Below, one piece after another: positions 21,405 to 32,686 of a DNA stretch of 64,000 nt. This DNA comes from an uncultured Acidobacteriota bacterium (GTDB lineage Bacteria > Acidobacteriota > Terriglobia > UBA7540). The stretch lies in NCBI GenBank assembly GCA_963804995.1, contig CAWDSK010000005.1, positions 832,001 through 896,000 of the forward strand. Direction: 5' to 3'. The position numbers were made by a program, and so were the translations under genes. The notes under the pieces are model-generated. The model saw only the letters and a program-made list of their open reading frames with translations. It searched no databases and was not told the origin of the DNA. The first letter of the stretch is position 1, and each line of letters starts with the position of its first letter.

Positions 21405-22817
21405 TCACGCCCCCACCCTGTGCGCCCGGCGTTCCCAGAAGTCTTCGAAGCGACCGCTGAGTTTGTAACACCGCAGAGCGATGATGGCATTGGAGCCGCG
21501 CACGGTCCAATGCATGCCCGAACGTTTTAGGCGCGACCCCACGACGACCCTGCAACCCGCCTCCAGAACCCCTGAGGAAGTACACAGGTGCTGGGCATGA
21601 AATTCCGCGTAGCGCATGCGGTGCCGGTTGCGCTGCAAGTACTGAAGGCAGTTGCGGGCTTCCGGTGAGCGGGCCGCATGGCGGGCCAGCGCCGTTGTCA
21701 GACTCCGCCAACGCCCGCCATCCAATTCTTGGTGCCGACGTTGCGCCCAGCGATGGGATGCCTCCGCTTGCCCATAGAGGGCCTTGGCCACTTGGCTCAA
21801 ATGCTCCTTCACGTGGTAACGATCCACGATTTGCAGGGCTTGCGGGAACACCTCCGCGGCGATGTTCCAGATCCAGGGAGCCCCGTCGCCGATCACCACT
21901 TGGCGAGAGGCTTGCCCGAAGTCTCGACGCTTCGCCTCACGCTCGACGCGCTGGGTAAATGCTGCGATCTGGGAGTCGGTGTCGCGGCAGGCCGCCGTCT
22001 CGATGGCCGCCGAGTAGCTGACCGAGCCAGCATCACGCCGGGGCCGGCCTTCGGCATCGCGCGCTTCCGCGCTCCAGATGGCGCAGACCTTGACCTCGCG
22101 GGTTTGGGCGGAGCCATCCGGCTGCTTGCCCGCTCGCCCCGTGAGTTCCTCCTTGCGCATGGGAATGCCGGTACCATCCAGGCCGAGATAGAGGGTGGGC
22201 GGCAAGGGTCCTTCCCTCACCGCCTCCACCGGTTGGCGTTCATCCTCGGCGACTTCCGCTCCCAGCGCCTCCGCCGTACGCTCCACCTGCTTGGCACTTA
22301 CTTCCACGCCCGCCAATTCCCCGAGGAGTTCACGCCCTTCTTGAAAGCTCACCAAGGCTCCCACCGTGCCCACCATGCGTGTCACCGCCGGGGACAGAGA
22401 AGTGTCCTCCATTCCCCACTGCTGGTCACGAGGACAGAACCCGCGCTGGCAGGCAGCACAATAATAGTAGGCGCGCTCCAGCCGTAATTCGCCCAGCACG
22501 GTCTGGAAAGGCTTGGCCCGCCGGTCTACATAGCGCGCGGGCTGACCGCAGGAACACGGCCGACGGGCTCCGGTAAAGTCGGAGTGGTCGGCATTCAGCC
22601 GCTGCTCCACCACCCGCGCGGCGAAGCGCAAAGCCTGACGGCGTACGGCCGTTTCCACCGCCTCGAAGTCCAGAGCCGCCGTGGCTTCCCGACCCACCAG
22701 GCGCTCAATCTCAGCGGTGAGGTCGTGCGCCAGAGCCTCGCCGAGTGCGGTTTTTTTTAACCTCGGCTTGCCCTTCTTCCTCCCGGGCTTCCAGCTGGGC
22801 ATCCGCCCATTGCTCAC
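21405..22817 (-). CDS. ISKra4-family DDE transposase (true start uncertain)
   Basis: CSCG...YYYCAAC zinc finger, LDGTGIP, GDGAPWIW, VDRYHVKEHL, SSGVLEAGC, RLKRSGMHW. Confidence 0.92.
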   Translation of the reverse strand: MSNGRMPSWKPGRKKGKPRLKKTALGEALAHDLTAEIERLVGREATAALDFEAVETAVRRQALRFAARVVEQRLNADHSDFTGARRPCSCGQPARYVDRRAKPFQTVLGELRLERAYYYCAACQRGFCPRDQQWGMEDTSLSPAVTRMVGTVGALVSFQEGRELLGELAGVEVSAKQVERTAEALGAEVAEDERQPVEAVREGPLPPTLYLGLDGTGIPMRKEELTGRAGKQPDGSAQTREVKVCAIWSAEARDAEGRPRRDAGSVSYSAAIETAACRDTDSQIAAFTQRVEREAKRRDFGQASRQVVIGDGAPWIWNIAAEVFPQALQIVDRYHVKEHLSQVAKALYGQAEASHRWAQRRHQELDGGRWRSLTTALARHAARSPEARNCLQYLQRNRHRMRYAEFHAQHLCTSSGVLEAGCRVVVGSRLKRSGMHWTVRGSNAIIALRCYKLSGRFEDFWERRAHRVGA

Positions 22818-23112
22818 AGGCAGCCCAGTAAGCCTCCACCTGACGCCGAAACTGCTGGCCCGTCTCGATCTGCTCTCGCGCCCGCTGCGCTTCCTCGGGG
22901 TTCAAGAAGCGGGAGCGGGTCTGCCCTCCCACCGCCTGCGTCAGACTGTAATAAGGGCCGTGCCGCGCCTTGGCATCCTCCGCGCAACCACAACCCGGCT
23001 TGCCGCATTTCACATAACGCTCCGATAGGGAGCCGCGCCGCATGGGCTGGGACTGACCCAACCGAGCGGCAAGCTCACGGACCGGACCAGGAACTTCAAA
23101 AGACTGAGCCAT
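22711..23112 (-). CDS. IS-associated small zinc-binding protein (DUF6788-like)
   Basis: MRRGSLSERYVKCGKPGCGC...HGPYY motif upstream of the ISKra4 transposase. Confidence 0.8.
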   Translation of the reverse strand: MAQSFEVPGPVRELAARLGQSQPMRRGSLSERYVKCGKPGCGCAEDAKARHGPYYSLTQAVGGQTRSRFLNPEEAQRAREQIETGQQFRRQVEAYWAACEQWADAQLEAREEEGQAEVKKNRTRRGSGARPHR

Positions 23113-23206
23113 GGTTCCTCCTTACGGCTATTATAGCCGTAAGAGAGAACTTATTTCAACCCCACTTTCCCAGAATTTCATTTCCCAGGCGTGCACCCCC
23201 TGGCTT

Positions 23207-23316
23207 GGTAGTGGGTCATTTTGAGGTAGAGGCGGCGGCATTCATCCCGATCTGATCGGGACGCCGCCCTTTGGCGAGGTAAACTCGCCGCTACACCATC
23301 AAATTGATCCACTGGC
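23207..23316. mobile_element. MITE-like element with IS1-type ends enclosing REP hairpins
   Basis: Ends GGTAGTGGGTCATTTTGA and TCAAATTGATCCACTGGC resemble the IR of the element at 38516..40703; internal palindromes TCCCGATCTGATCGGGA and GGCGAGGTAAACTCGCCGCTAC. Confidence 0.6.
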
Positions 23317-23856
23317 TGAAACTAACTCCACAACTGGCGCCTCCCGGCGACACTTGGCAAATCCCAACCTCCTATTTCTTTGATTCTCCACGCCCCCTTG
23401 ATTCTCCCAGCATTTTCAACCCACCATCTAAAGGCTATACAGCAGGAACCTTTCCAAACCTCACCTTATCAGCCGCGCTCTATGCTTCCTTCCAGCACCC
23501 GGCTGCCCCTCGGCTTACAGCAACGTGAAACTTCCTGCCATTAGGTCAGATGCGCAAACCCTGGCAAAGGCCGCAGCTTTGGCCACGCAGGCTCACGGGA
23601 TGTACGAACGTGAGGGTCACGCAGACCGTCCACACAGGTGGGGAGGCAAAATCCTTGCCGAAGCTTGGGGAATAATGGCGCGACGTACTTCCGCAAAGTA
23701 CTAAGGTTTTCTGAAGTAGCTCTAGCCTTCAAACTCCCCTGGATTGCACCCTCCGGACCGCGGGAAGGGTTGTGTCGCGCTTCGATGCCTCCAGGGCCTT
23801 TGCGGGATCGAAACACGACGTTCCTTCCCGCGTGCTTTCAACTTTACAAACTCAGC

Positions 23857-25416
23857 CTACGGGGTCGGCATATTGCCGAGTGTATTCGGCAGAGGCTTCC
23901 AGACCGCCGTCGTAATGGAAGCCGCCGGCAAAGTGAGTGGCACCGATCGTCGGATCGTGTTCAATTCGAAGTCCACTTGCACCTGGACATCACTCGGGCG
24001 ATCGTTCAGCAACTCGACAACCCAATGCCACCCACCCTCGGGCTCAGGTGAAAGGAACGCCAGGCCCCGAATCCCCGGGTATTTACCGTCCATCAGCACC
24101 CGCACCGCCCCCGGCCGCACGAACTTGCTGAAATGCGCCAGATAGTAATAGAGCCCCGTGTAAGTCACCTTCTTGGTTTCCCGATTGATGTGCACGATCG
24201 CGTGCTGCACATTGGGATCGGGATCAAGATGCACCGGGGACACGCACCAGGGGCCGCCCCGCTGATCCAAAATCATATTCCAGTAGACCCACGCCGAGGC
24301 TCCCGCTTCGACATCCGAGAAAATCATGTTCCCCCAGAAGGAGCCGTCTTCCCATGAGTAGTTCGGTACGGTCGTGAAGTGAGGCTTTCCCTCTTCATAG
24401 AAGTGGCACACTTCCGTCATCCACAAGCGGAGGTCAGGGTATTTCTGATGCAGGGCGGCAAGCTTGTCGAAATTCGCCGGACCTTTCAAGTGATCGTACC
24501 CGTGATAGGGGAGCTCGGTTAGGTATTGCCGGGCCTGCGGATCGTTGAGAACGATGGGATAGTATTGGGCAGCCTCCAGCCGCACCGGAGCCTCACCCAG
24601 CATGAGCTGGTTTTTCACCCCGGCCTTCTTGAAAAGAGGGCCGACGTGGTTCTTGAGCAGGTCAAGAATCTCCGGATACTTGATACTGGTGTAGCCGCCA
24701 TCGTCGTTGCGAGGCTCGTTGAACAAGCTGACATAATCGATAAACACGCCTTGCTTCTGGTACTCCTGGACATAGCGCAGATAATAGTGCGCGAGGGCAT
24801 CGTAATATTTGGGATTGACGTCCTGGTTCTTGTTGACGTCCATGAGCATCCAATCCGGCGGGTAATCCATGGGCGCTTCGAGCACGAACTTCCCGTACTG
24901 GCGGGCGCGCTTGATGTAGGTAATGACGCCGTTCGGTTCCAGGTCGCGTTGAATGGAGAAATGCTTCATCTCCACATCGCCGGGCGTATCGTCGTAGGTG
25001 TAATACGGTCCCGCCGACATGAAATCGGTGCCAGCGATGGGAGTCTTCATCGCTGAAAAGCCCGCGCCACGGTTGGGATCGAACAGGGCGCGCAGTAAAG
25101 CCTCCTGCTCCGCTTTGGGCAGATCATTGATGCAGATCAATCCCGCTTCGAGGAACGATGCCCCGAACCCCACCATCTTCTGGAGCATGTTTCCGGTCAA
25201 GATGTGAAATTCGGGGACCGTGGTCGGTTTCTTTTCTTCAAACTTCACCACAGGCCTGGCGGTGAGACGGTCTCCCGCTTTCGATGAAACGTAAACCTTC
25301 ACTTCCTGCCCGTACGCTGACCCCATGCATAAACCCACGAGTAGAACCCACAGCAGGCAAAGAGATGCCTTCCTCGGTGTCCGTCGGGACTCATTCATAC
25401 AAGTGCGTGTATTCAA
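23857..25416 (-). CDS. Glycoside hydrolase family 30
   Basis: VGFGASF, IAGTDF, FNEP (acid/base), WMTE (nucleophile), WNMILDQRGGP, HFSKFVRPGA; AGGAGG RBS before the TTG start. Confidence 0.92.
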   Translation of the reverse strand: MNTRTCMNESRRTPRKASLCLLWVLLVGLCMGSAYGQEVKVYVSSKAGDRLTARPVVKFEEKKPTTVPEFHILTGNMLQKMVGFGASFLEAGLICINDLPKAEQEALLRALFDPNRGAGFSAMKTPIAGTDFMSAGPYYTYDDTPGDVEMKHFSIQRDLEPNGVITYIKRARQYGKFVLEAPMDYPPDWMLMDVNKNQDVNPKYYDALAHYYLRYVQEYQKQGVFIDYVSLFNEPRNDDGGYTSIKYPEILDLLKNHVGPLFKKAGVKNQLMLGEAPVRLEAAQYYPIVLNDPQARQYLTELPYHGYDHLKGPANFDKLAALHQKYPDLRLWMTEVCHFYEEGKPHFTTVPNYSWEDGSFWGNMIFSDVEAGASAWVYWNMILDQRGGPWCVSPVHLDPDPNVQHAIVHINRETKKVTYTGLYYYLAHFSKFVRPGAVRVLMDGKYPGIRGLAFLSPEPEGGWHWVVELLNDRPSDVQVQVDFELNTIRRSVPLTLPAASITTAVWKPLPNTLGNMPTP

Positions 25417-25447
25417 GGTTTAATCCTCCTTACTTAAGCAACACTGC

Positions 25448-26818
25448 TTAGGGCTTGTGCTCGTAGGCGCCTATGTCGTAGCCAGACCCTGGCGGGCGGG
25501 CGGTGCCTGCAAAATCCACCGTCACATCCTGCAAGACAATCCCTGCCCCCACCAGCGGCGATTTCGGCAGAAGGCGAAAGTCCTTGGCGGCCGCATTTAC
25601 AAACCCTGGATTGATTCCCCAGAGATCATGGGGGTAGGGGACGTGGCTGCCGCCCGTACCCGGCGCGCGGCCGTCACTCATGCCTTGCGCGTTGTACCCG
25701 GCCACCACTCCCTTTGATTCCGGGCGCATGGTCAGATAGCTGTCCTGGTGGTTTCCCACGTCATAGAAGACATTGTTCTCAACCACTCCTGCCCCAGGCC
25801 CCTCGAACAAGACAGCCTGTTGAGTGATCTTATAAAAGGTGTTGTTGACTATTACGATCGAGGTGATATCGGGATTCGCTAATCTCTCGACGTGGATGCC
25901 CACGCGGAGGTTCATGAAAATATTGTTTCGGAAGGTGATGTGGTTGACTACTCCGGAGCCATTTTCGATCTGCGCGGCTTGCACGGGGAGAAACCCGGTG
26001 TCTTCGATATCGCAGATATTCTGCTCAAAGAGTATGTTGGTTGCCGGCCCCCAGGTTTCAATGCAATCGATGTGGGGGTCAAGGTTGCCCAGATCGTCCG
26101 ACCGGATATCATGCACGCGGTTGTGGCGGAAGATGTGGCCGGTGCCAAAGGGGCGCAACCCGTCCGCATCCGCACCATCGAACGCGGGCCCGCCCGGATG
26201 GTATTGGATGGTATGACTGATGTCGTTGTCCTCGATCAGGTTTTCCTTTCCATCCACGGTGATGCCGGAGTTGCTGGCGCGATAAATCCGATTCCCCTTC
26301 ACGAGGTTATACGCTGTGGGCGGTGAGTTGGCCCCCCCTTTGTCCACGAACATGATCCCGTCGTTGTATATATCGTGGATGTAATTATTCAGGATTTCAT
26401 TATGCTGGCCGCTGAGAGTGACTCCAAAATTGTCCTCAAAGATTCTGTTGCGGCTCGTGATCTCAAACCCTATCACCCGCACATAATTAGCGGTAACCGT
26501 GAACCCTCCGGTCACGGCCCTGCCGCTTGCCTGATAGGTAATGAGGTGGCCGGAAGCGCCGGACCGGGTCACATGGATCCGCTCCGGGTAGCTGCCGGCC
26601 GCGACCAGCACCGTATCGCCGGGCGATAGGGAATCGGCTGCTTTCTGGATGGTTTGCCAAGGGGCATCCTTGGTTCCGGCATTCGTGTCCTTACCAGTTC
26701 GAGCATCCACATATAAAGTGCTTGCCGATGCAGTGGAGATGAACAGGGCGATTATTGCCGTCAACGTGACTTGCACGCAGGCTTTCCGTTTGAGGTTCGT
26801 TCCAACAGGGATCATCAT
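25448..26818 (-). CDS. Secreted right-handed parallel beta-helix protein (pectin lyase-like fold)
   Basis: YVDARTGKDTNAGTKDAPWQTIQKAA, PGDTVLVAAGSY, Asn-rich PbH1 repeats, C-terminal DFRLLPKSP...YDIGAYE. Confidence 0.85.
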   Translation of the reverse strand: MMIPVGTNLKRKACVQVTLTAIIALFISTASASTLYVDARTGKDTNAGTKDAPWQTIQKAADSLSPGDTVLVAAGSYPERIHVTRSGASGHLITYQASGRAVTGGFTVTANYVRVIGFEITSRNRIFEDNFGVTLSGQHNEILNNYIHDIYNDGIMFVDKGGANSPPTAYNLVKGNRIYRASNSGITVDGKENLIEDNDISHTIQYHPGGPAFDGADADGLRPFGTGHIFRHNRVHDIRSDDLGNLDPHIDCIETWGPATNILFEQNICDIEDTGFLPVQAAQIENGSGVVNHITFRNNIFMNLRVGIHVERLANPDITSIVIVNNTFYKITQQAVLFEGPGAGVVENNVFYDVGNHQDSYLTMRPESKGVVAGYNAQGMSDGRAPGTGGSHVPYPHDLWGINPGFVNAAAKDFRLLPKSPLVGAGIVLQDVTVDFAGTARPPGSGYDIGAYEHKP

Positions 26819-27172
26819 TCTGACCTCCGGGCTGCCGGGCAGTATACACCGGCTGGCTTCCTTTGCTGCGACCTCACTTCGAACAATTTTAGTCTCTTGA
26901 GGAAGCAGTTCCGGCGTATACTCCTCGCCGGAAAGACCGCGGCGGTAAGTATTTCGCTGGTCGGGGTATTACCAGCAGGAGTCGCGGCTAACGAGCGAAT
27001 TGTAATGACGATTAGAGCGACGGCCAGCCGATGGGGACTATCCTCTCCGCCTCCCGTGGACTCCATGAAGAGGCAGAAGTGCTTCATTCCATCCCCCGAC
27101 CAAGGCAGCAGGTGATTCGCTAAACCAACACCGAAATTGGTTTCCGAGGCGCCTCAAGGAGCCGTATTTCGT

Positions 27173-28219
27173 ATGAAACAACACGCGCCCTTATGGTTCT
27201 TTGTACTCTTCCCGATTGTGGCTTGTGCTCAAACCGCGCCCCTGCCGATGGTGACGCCCTGGCCCGGGGACCGTACGGCGGCCATTTCCCTCACTTTTGA
27301 TGATGCGACGCCCAGCCATCTCGACATCGTGGGCCCGACTCTGAAGAAGCATCACTTGCACGGAACATTCTATGTGGTCACGGGCAACGGAACGTGGGTT
27401 ACGCGTTTCGACGATTGGCGGCGCCTGGCGGCGGAGGGAAATGAAATCGGCAGTCACAGCGTGCATCACCCCTGCTTGCTCGATCGGATCAAGCCCAACG
27501 CGCTGGATTACACTCCCCAAATGATGCGGGCGGAAGCAGGTGACAGCGCCCGGGAGATTGCCACACGCTTGGGAATCGATCGTGGCCTGACGTTTGCCTA
27601 CCCCTGCTCTACCGAGACTTTCGGCCCTCCGGCGGACCAGGCGCACAACGAGGTACTCTATCTGGGTTACGCGGCGGAGTTCTACTTTGCGGCGCGCGGG
27701 GATAATGGGGGATTACCGGTAACCCCGGAAGAGATGAATCCGCTTACCGTGCATGGTCTCGGACGTGTCGTGGGGCTTGACTATCCTCATCTGCTGGCCT
27801 TGATAGACCCCCCCCAGCGGAGTCACGAGTGGGGTGTGTTGATCTTCCATGGGGTGGGCGGGGACGGGATGGCAGTGAGCGCGGAAGCCTTTGAGATGCT
27901 CGCCGCTTACCTTGAGCAGCACCACGACATCTGGTGCGCCGCTTTCGGTGACGCGGTTCGGTACATTCAAGAGCGCAAGGCGCTCAAGATCCGGCTTACA
28001 AAATCCGACAGCCGGCAGGTGGAGTTTGCCCTTAGCTGGCCCATGGATGCAAAAACCTTCGACTTGCCTCTTACCCTGAAATGGCAGACGCCGAGCGATT
28101 GGACAGCTTACCAATGCGAGGCTGACGGCCACCCGCTGGCTACTACCAAAGCGAATTCCCAGGCAGTGCTGGTGGACGTTCCGCCGCAAACCAAAGTGTT
28201 GCGGTTCGAGGCCAAATGA
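27173..28219 (+). CDS. Polysaccharide deacetylase (CE4/NodB-like)
   Basis: SLTFDD, EIGSHSVHHP, FAYPC, LIFHGVG. Confidence 0.9.
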   Translation: MKQHAPLWFFVLFPIVACAQTAPLPMVTPWPGDRTAAISLTFDDATPSHLDIVGPTLKKHHLHGTFYVVTGNGTWVTRFDDWRRLAAEGNEIGSHSVHHPCLLDRIKPNALDYTPQMMRAEAGDSAREIATRLGIDRGLTFAYPCSTETFGPPADQAHNEVLYLGYAAEFYFAARGDNGGLPVTPEEMNPLTVHGLGRVVGLDYPHLLALIDPPQRSHEWGVLIFHGVGGDGMAVSAEAFEMLAAYLEQHHDIWCAAFGDAVRYIQERKALKIRLTKSDSRQVEFALSWPMDAKTFDLPLTLKWQTPSDWTAYQCEADGHPLATTKANSQAVLVDVPPQTKVLRFEAK

Positions 28220-28266
28220 GACTCCGGCGGTGCTGGTGCCACGCCGGCGCTTAAGGCACTGCTGTA

Positions 28267-28377
28267 ACCACCCCGGCGCTCTGAGCGCCACCCCTCCTGA
28301 ATCAGGAGGGGAGTTGTTTAAAAAAGGAACTCCCCTCCTCAGATGAGGAGGGGTGGCGCGCTGAGCGACGGGGTGGT
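28267..28377. repeat. Inverted pair of ACCACCCCG...CCCCTCCT-N5-AGGAGGGGAG palindromic elements
   Basis: Two head-to-head copies here; a single copy at 57579..57627. Confidence 0.8.
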
Positions 28378-28478
28378 GCTGATAAGGAAATCGAGGGCGG
28401 TGCGGAACAGGGGATTAAGGTGGTGCTGATTAAGACATGCCCCAATTCCTGCAAAGTCGGAACGGAATGGAGAACCCG

Positions 28479-29994
28479 ATGAGATACCTGAGATTGCTAA
28501 TAGTGGTGGGAATCCTTGCCTTCCCGCTGCCATCCCGCGCCCAGAATGTGGCGGCGATTGCGGTCGATGTGCAGTCCCTCGGAAAAATGATTCCCGTAGA
28601 TTTCGACGGCTTCGGTACGCAGTTCAGCCCCTCGCCGGAGAACAACTTTCGAGGCGCTCAGAGTTCCCCCATTTACCTTGTGGGTGGTGCGAATCAACCC
28701 AATCGAGTCTTCTACCAGCTCCTGAAAAATCTGGGCGGAGGCACGCTCCGCTCCGTGGACGGTTACACCTCCGAGACTTGCTGGAATCCCAGTGAGGCGC
28801 CCTACCCGGAGGCTTGCCCATATCTCATGACCGACGACTTTATAAACGGTTATGTGAAAGCCTCCGCGGAGACAGGGTGGGGAGTTCTGGTGGCGATCAA
28901 CCTGGCGCAGAACTCCGCCCCGTGGGCCATCCAATTTGGCGTGCGGTTTGCCGACGCCGCGCGGGCCACTCCGGGCAGCAAGCTGGTGGGATTCGAATTC
29001 GGAAACGAGCCGGACATCTACACGAAGAACCTTTTGTTTGGGCGGACCATGGTGCGCCCCCCGGGCTATTCGTGGCAAGACCTGGTAAAGGATTGGAAAC
29101 CTTACGTGGCAGCATTTAAGGCGAATCCTGCCACGGCGGGGATCCCCCTCGTGGGCCCCGTGTACGACCAGGCCGGCTGGACAGAATCCACGCTGGGGCC
29201 CTTTATTGATGCCATAGGCGCGAAAAACTTGGGCTTCGTAACCGTCCATCACTACGCCACCAGCCGCTGCGACGGTCGAGATGTGACCATCCCGGAGCTG
29301 CTCTCCGAGAAACCTATCGATGCGTTTGTGTCCAAGGCCAAAGGTTGGGTCGAGACTGTTAACAGTCGGGGGCTTGATCTGGTGCATGGCGAGACGAACT
29401 CCGTCTCCTGTGAGGGACAGAAGGGGGTGAGCGACGCCTTTGCCCTCGAGCGTGTGGGGGCTCGATTGGCTTTTTACGAATTTCAACGTGGGAATGCGAA
29501 GAATCAACTTTCTCTCGAACAACAGCTATTACAGCCCGGTGTTTGTGACAACTGCTGTGAACCCGGACACTGACGAGCTGATTTATCTCAACTTCGTGGC
29601 GCCCCTCTACTATGCCATGTACACCTTCAGCACCCAGGCGCAAAACCGGCATATTCTATCTGCCAGTATTAAGACCGATGCGAATATCAAAGCCTACGCG
29701 GTGCGCGAAACGGCCTCCGGCCCCGTCACGGTCTTCGTCATCAACAAGGACTTGAAAGCTTCTGGGAAAGTTGTTGTCACCCCATCCACGCGCCTGGGAA
29801 AAGGTTCGCTCCTCAGCGTCCAGGCGCCCTCGCTTGATTCGAAGCTCGTAACTTATGGTGGGGTTTCGTTTGACAATAACACCGGCTTGCTGGCAGGCTC
29901 GCCGCGCAGCACTCCGGTTGCAGCAGATGCTTCCGGTAATTACACGATTGAACTTCCCAATGCCAGTATTGCCGTGCTGACCATCAATCCGTGA
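28479..29994 (+). CDS. Glycoside hydrolase family 79-like; frameshifted near 29444
   Basis: FEFGNEPD and HGETNS catalytic motifs; GVSDAFA continues as SSVWGLDWLF in ORF 29440..29994 if one C is removed from GCCC. Confidence 0.85.
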
Positions 29995-30162
29995 AGGGCG
30001 GGCGAAAGCTTAGAGTAGTAGCCCTCTCCGAGGGGAGAGGGTGGCCGACGTAGGAGGACGGGTGAGGGGTCACTTCGCGACGTTTGAAGATTTAAAACAC
30101 ATTACCCCGCAAGCCCAAACCCATAGTGAGAAATCCCGGCAAGCACTTGGAGGTAGGAAACC

Positions 30163-31404
30163 ATGAATTCACGCGAGCGGCTATTGGCTGCCATCCGGCA
30201 TGAGCGGCCCGATCATGTGCCCCTTTACTGCCAGTGCTTCGGTTTTACAGCCCCTCCGCACCTACGCTGGCAGAAAGGCGGCCGCGAAGTCCCGCATTGG
30301 TACTCCATGCGCCACGAACACATCCACACCTGGCCCGAACCGTGGTCGGTCGAGCACGACTTTGAGCGCGTGCGCCGCTGGGCAAGCCTCGGGTTGGATG
30401 ATGTGTTGGAGATTTCCCCGCCCTGGGGATTGCACCCCGACGTGCGAATCCGCGACTGGCAGGAACCACCTACCGCATCTGAACGCTATGCACTGCTTTG
30501 CCGTGAATATGAAACTCCGGCGGGACCGTTGCGGCACGTGATCCGTCGCACGGATGAAGAGATGGATCCGGGCTGGGTCATTCAGGCTGACCACGTCGCC
30601 TTATTCGAGGATCTCAACATCCCCCGCGGCGTAAGGCATGCCGTGGAGGGTCCCGAGGATCTTCCCAAGCTCCGGTATCTTTTGCAGGACCCCAGCCCCG
30701 ATCAGCTCGCGGCGTATCGTGAAAGAGTCGCCAAGGTCCGGCGCTTCGCTCAGGAACAGGGTGTCCTGGTATTTGGATGGAGCGCGTTCGGCATGGACGC
30801 GGTCACCTGGCTGTGCGGAGTCGAACGCACCGTGATGGCCGCCATGACCGAGCCGGATTTCTTTCAGGAACTCATTGATTTGGTCTCTGACTTTGACCGG
30901 CGGCGGACCGAGATGATGCTCGAGGTCGGGGGAGCCGATGTGGTCGTACAGCGCGGATGGTATAGCTCCACAAGCTTCTGGTCGCCCTCCCTCTTTCAGC
31001 GGTTCCTGACTCCCGGCATCCGGCGCCTCGCGGACTTGACGCATCAAGCCGGCGCCAAATTTGCTTATGCCATGACCACCGGAGCACTGGCCATGGCCGA
31101 CGAACTCCTTGCCGCCGATATTGACCTGCTTCTCTATGTCGACCCCACCCAGGAGGCCAGCGGTCTGGCGGCGGTGAAGGATAAGTTCAAAGGCCGCATC
31201 GCCGTGGCGGGCGGCATCAGCAGCGCGGTGACATTGCACGGAGGTTCTCGTGAGGAAATACGGCAGGCGGTCGAGGTGGCGGTCCGGCAATTGGGTCCGC
31301 GCGGGTTTATCCTGGCGCCGGTGTCTTCCCTTGGGCCCGACGTACCCTGGTCCAATGTGGAGGCGATGATCGAGGCTTGGCGGGAATTCCGGAATTGCAC
31401 TTAG
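30163..31404 (+). CDS. Uroporphyrinogen decarboxylase-family protein (URO-D/MT2-like)
   Basis: [52 protein letters not shown]. Confidence 0.85.
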   Translation: MNSRERLLAAIRHERPDHVPLYCQCFGFTAPPHLRWQKGGREVPHWYSMRHEHIHTWPEPWSVEHDFERVRRWASLGLDDVLEISPPWGLHPDVRIRDWQEPPTASERYALLCREYETPAGPLRHVIRRTDEEMDPGWVIQADHVALFEDLNIPRGVRHAVEGPEDLPKLRYLLQDPSPDQLAAYRERVAKVRRFAQEQGVLVFGWSAFGMDAVTWLCGVERTVMAAMTEPDFFQELIDLVSDFDRRRTEMMLEVGGADVVVQRGWYSSTSFWSPSLFQRFLTPGIRRLADLTHQAGAKFAYAMTTGALAMADELLAADIDLLLYVDPTQEASGLAAVKDKFKGRIAVAGGISSAVTLHGGSREEIRQAVEVAVRQLGPRGFILAPVSSLGPDVPWSNVEAMIEAWREFRNCT

Positions 31405-32450
31405 GTGGTTTGCGGCGGAGAAGTTCTTAACGACCCCACAAGATCCGAGAGCTGCAATTGCTTGCGCCGGCAATACTCGCGAATGCCTTCCACAATCCGC
31501 GGCGAGGTTCCGGGGTCGTAGAAGTTTGCCGTTCCCACTTGCACGGCACGCGCCCCGGCGATGATGAATTCCAGCGCATCCTCAGCGCTCGCGATGCCGC
31601 CGATGCCAATGATGGGAATCTTCACAGCGCGCGCCGCCTGGTAGACCATGCGCAACGCCACGGGCTTGATCCCCGGGCCGGAAAGCCCTGCCGTGACGTT
31701 GGAGATTCGGGGCGCCCGCGTTTCGATGTCGATAGCCATTCCCACGAACGTGTTGACCAGCGAGAGAGCGTCGGCGCCGGCGCTTTCCGCGACGCGCGCG
31801 AACATCGCAATGTCGGTGACGTTCGGCGAAAGCTTGACAAAGAGCGGATAGCGCGCCGCCTTCTTCGACGCCGCCACCACTTCCTCCGTCAAGCGAGGAT
31901 CGCTGCCGTACACAATGCCCCCACAGCGCGTGTTGGGGCAGGAGATATTCAGCTCATACGCCGCGATGCCTTCACCCTCATTCAGGATTTCGATGCAGCG
32001 CACGTAGTCTTCCGTCGAATAGGCAAAAACATTCACCACGGTCCGGGCGCGGAGGGTGCGAAGGAAGGGCAGTTTCTCTGTCAAGAATCGCTTCGCGCCC
32101 ACGTTCTGTAATCCGATGGCGTTTAGCATTCCTGAATCGGTTTCGTAAATGCGGGGCGGGGGATTGCCCTCCATGGGCTCCGGCGATATGCCCTTGATGC
32201 AAATCGCGCCGAGTTGATTGAGATCGATGAGCTGGGCGAATTCCTTGCCGTATCCGAACGTTCCACTCGCCGTCCACACCGGATTCTGAAACCGTACCCC
32301 GGCAATTTCGATTTCAATCTGCGGCGTGAATGCCTCCGCGGGTGCAGGCGCGGCGGCAACGGCACCACCCGTGCCCGGCTCAACCCGGCTTGCCGCGCTC
32401 TCGGGGCTGTCATTTCGTGTTGGCCTTTTATCCTGGGTTCTTCTGGTCAT
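31401..32450 (-). CDS. pyrD: Dihydroorotate dehydrogenase B, catalytic subunit
   Basis: [55 protein letters not shown]. Confidence 0.95.
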   Translation of the reverse strand: MTRRTQDKRPTRNDSPESAASRVEPGTGGAVAAAPAPAEAFTPQIEIEIAGVRFQNPVWTASGTFGYGKEFAQLIDLNQLGAICIKGISPEPMEGNPPPRIYETDSGMLNAIGLQNVGAKRFLTEKLPFLRTLRARTVVNVFAYSTEDYVRCIEILNEGEGIAAYELNISCPNTRCGGIVYGSDPRLTEEVVAASKKAARYPLFVKLSPNVTDIAMFARVAESAGADALSLVNTFVGMAIDIETRAPRISNVTAGLSGPGIKPVALRMVYQAARAVKIPIIGIGGIASAEDALEFIIAGARAVQVGTANFYDPGTSPRIVEGIREYCRRKQLQLSDLVGSLRTSPPQTT

Positions 32451-32570
32451 CGCGTTGATTTGAACTTACAACCCTCGGTCGCCGCGGCGACAGAGGGTGG
32501 ACCGCAACCGGCGTTTTCACCAGCCGGGGCGGGACGGGTGAGGGGGTCACTTCGTGCTGGGTGGAACGGC

Positions 32571-32686
32571 AAAAAGCAAGTCAAAAGGCAAAACGCAAAA
32601 GGCAAAAGTAAATAGCTCCGACGAGCGGTGCCTCTCCGCTGGAACCTACAACCCCCCAACCCCTACCCCCTACTCCCTAATCCCCA
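32571..32686. repeat. Two heptamer tracts between pyrK and pyrD
   Basis: (AAGGCAA)n-like tract at 32571-32611 and (AACCCCT)n-like tract at 32650-32686, the latter overlapping the pyrK stop. Confidence 0.7.

Larger units (their letters stand above)
21378..23198 (-). mobile_element. ISKra4-family insertion sequence
   Basis: Terminal IR GGGTGCACG/CGTGCACCC; 9-bp target duplication CCTGGCTTG at 21369-21377 and 23199-23207 (boundary ambiguous by 1 bp); two ORFs inside. Confidence 0.88.

Noticed and set aside
23540..23835. Hairpin CGCGGGAAGG...CCTTCCCGCG as a possible SRP/6S RNA
   Set aside because: No diagnostic conserved motif recognised; cannot support an RNA gene call.
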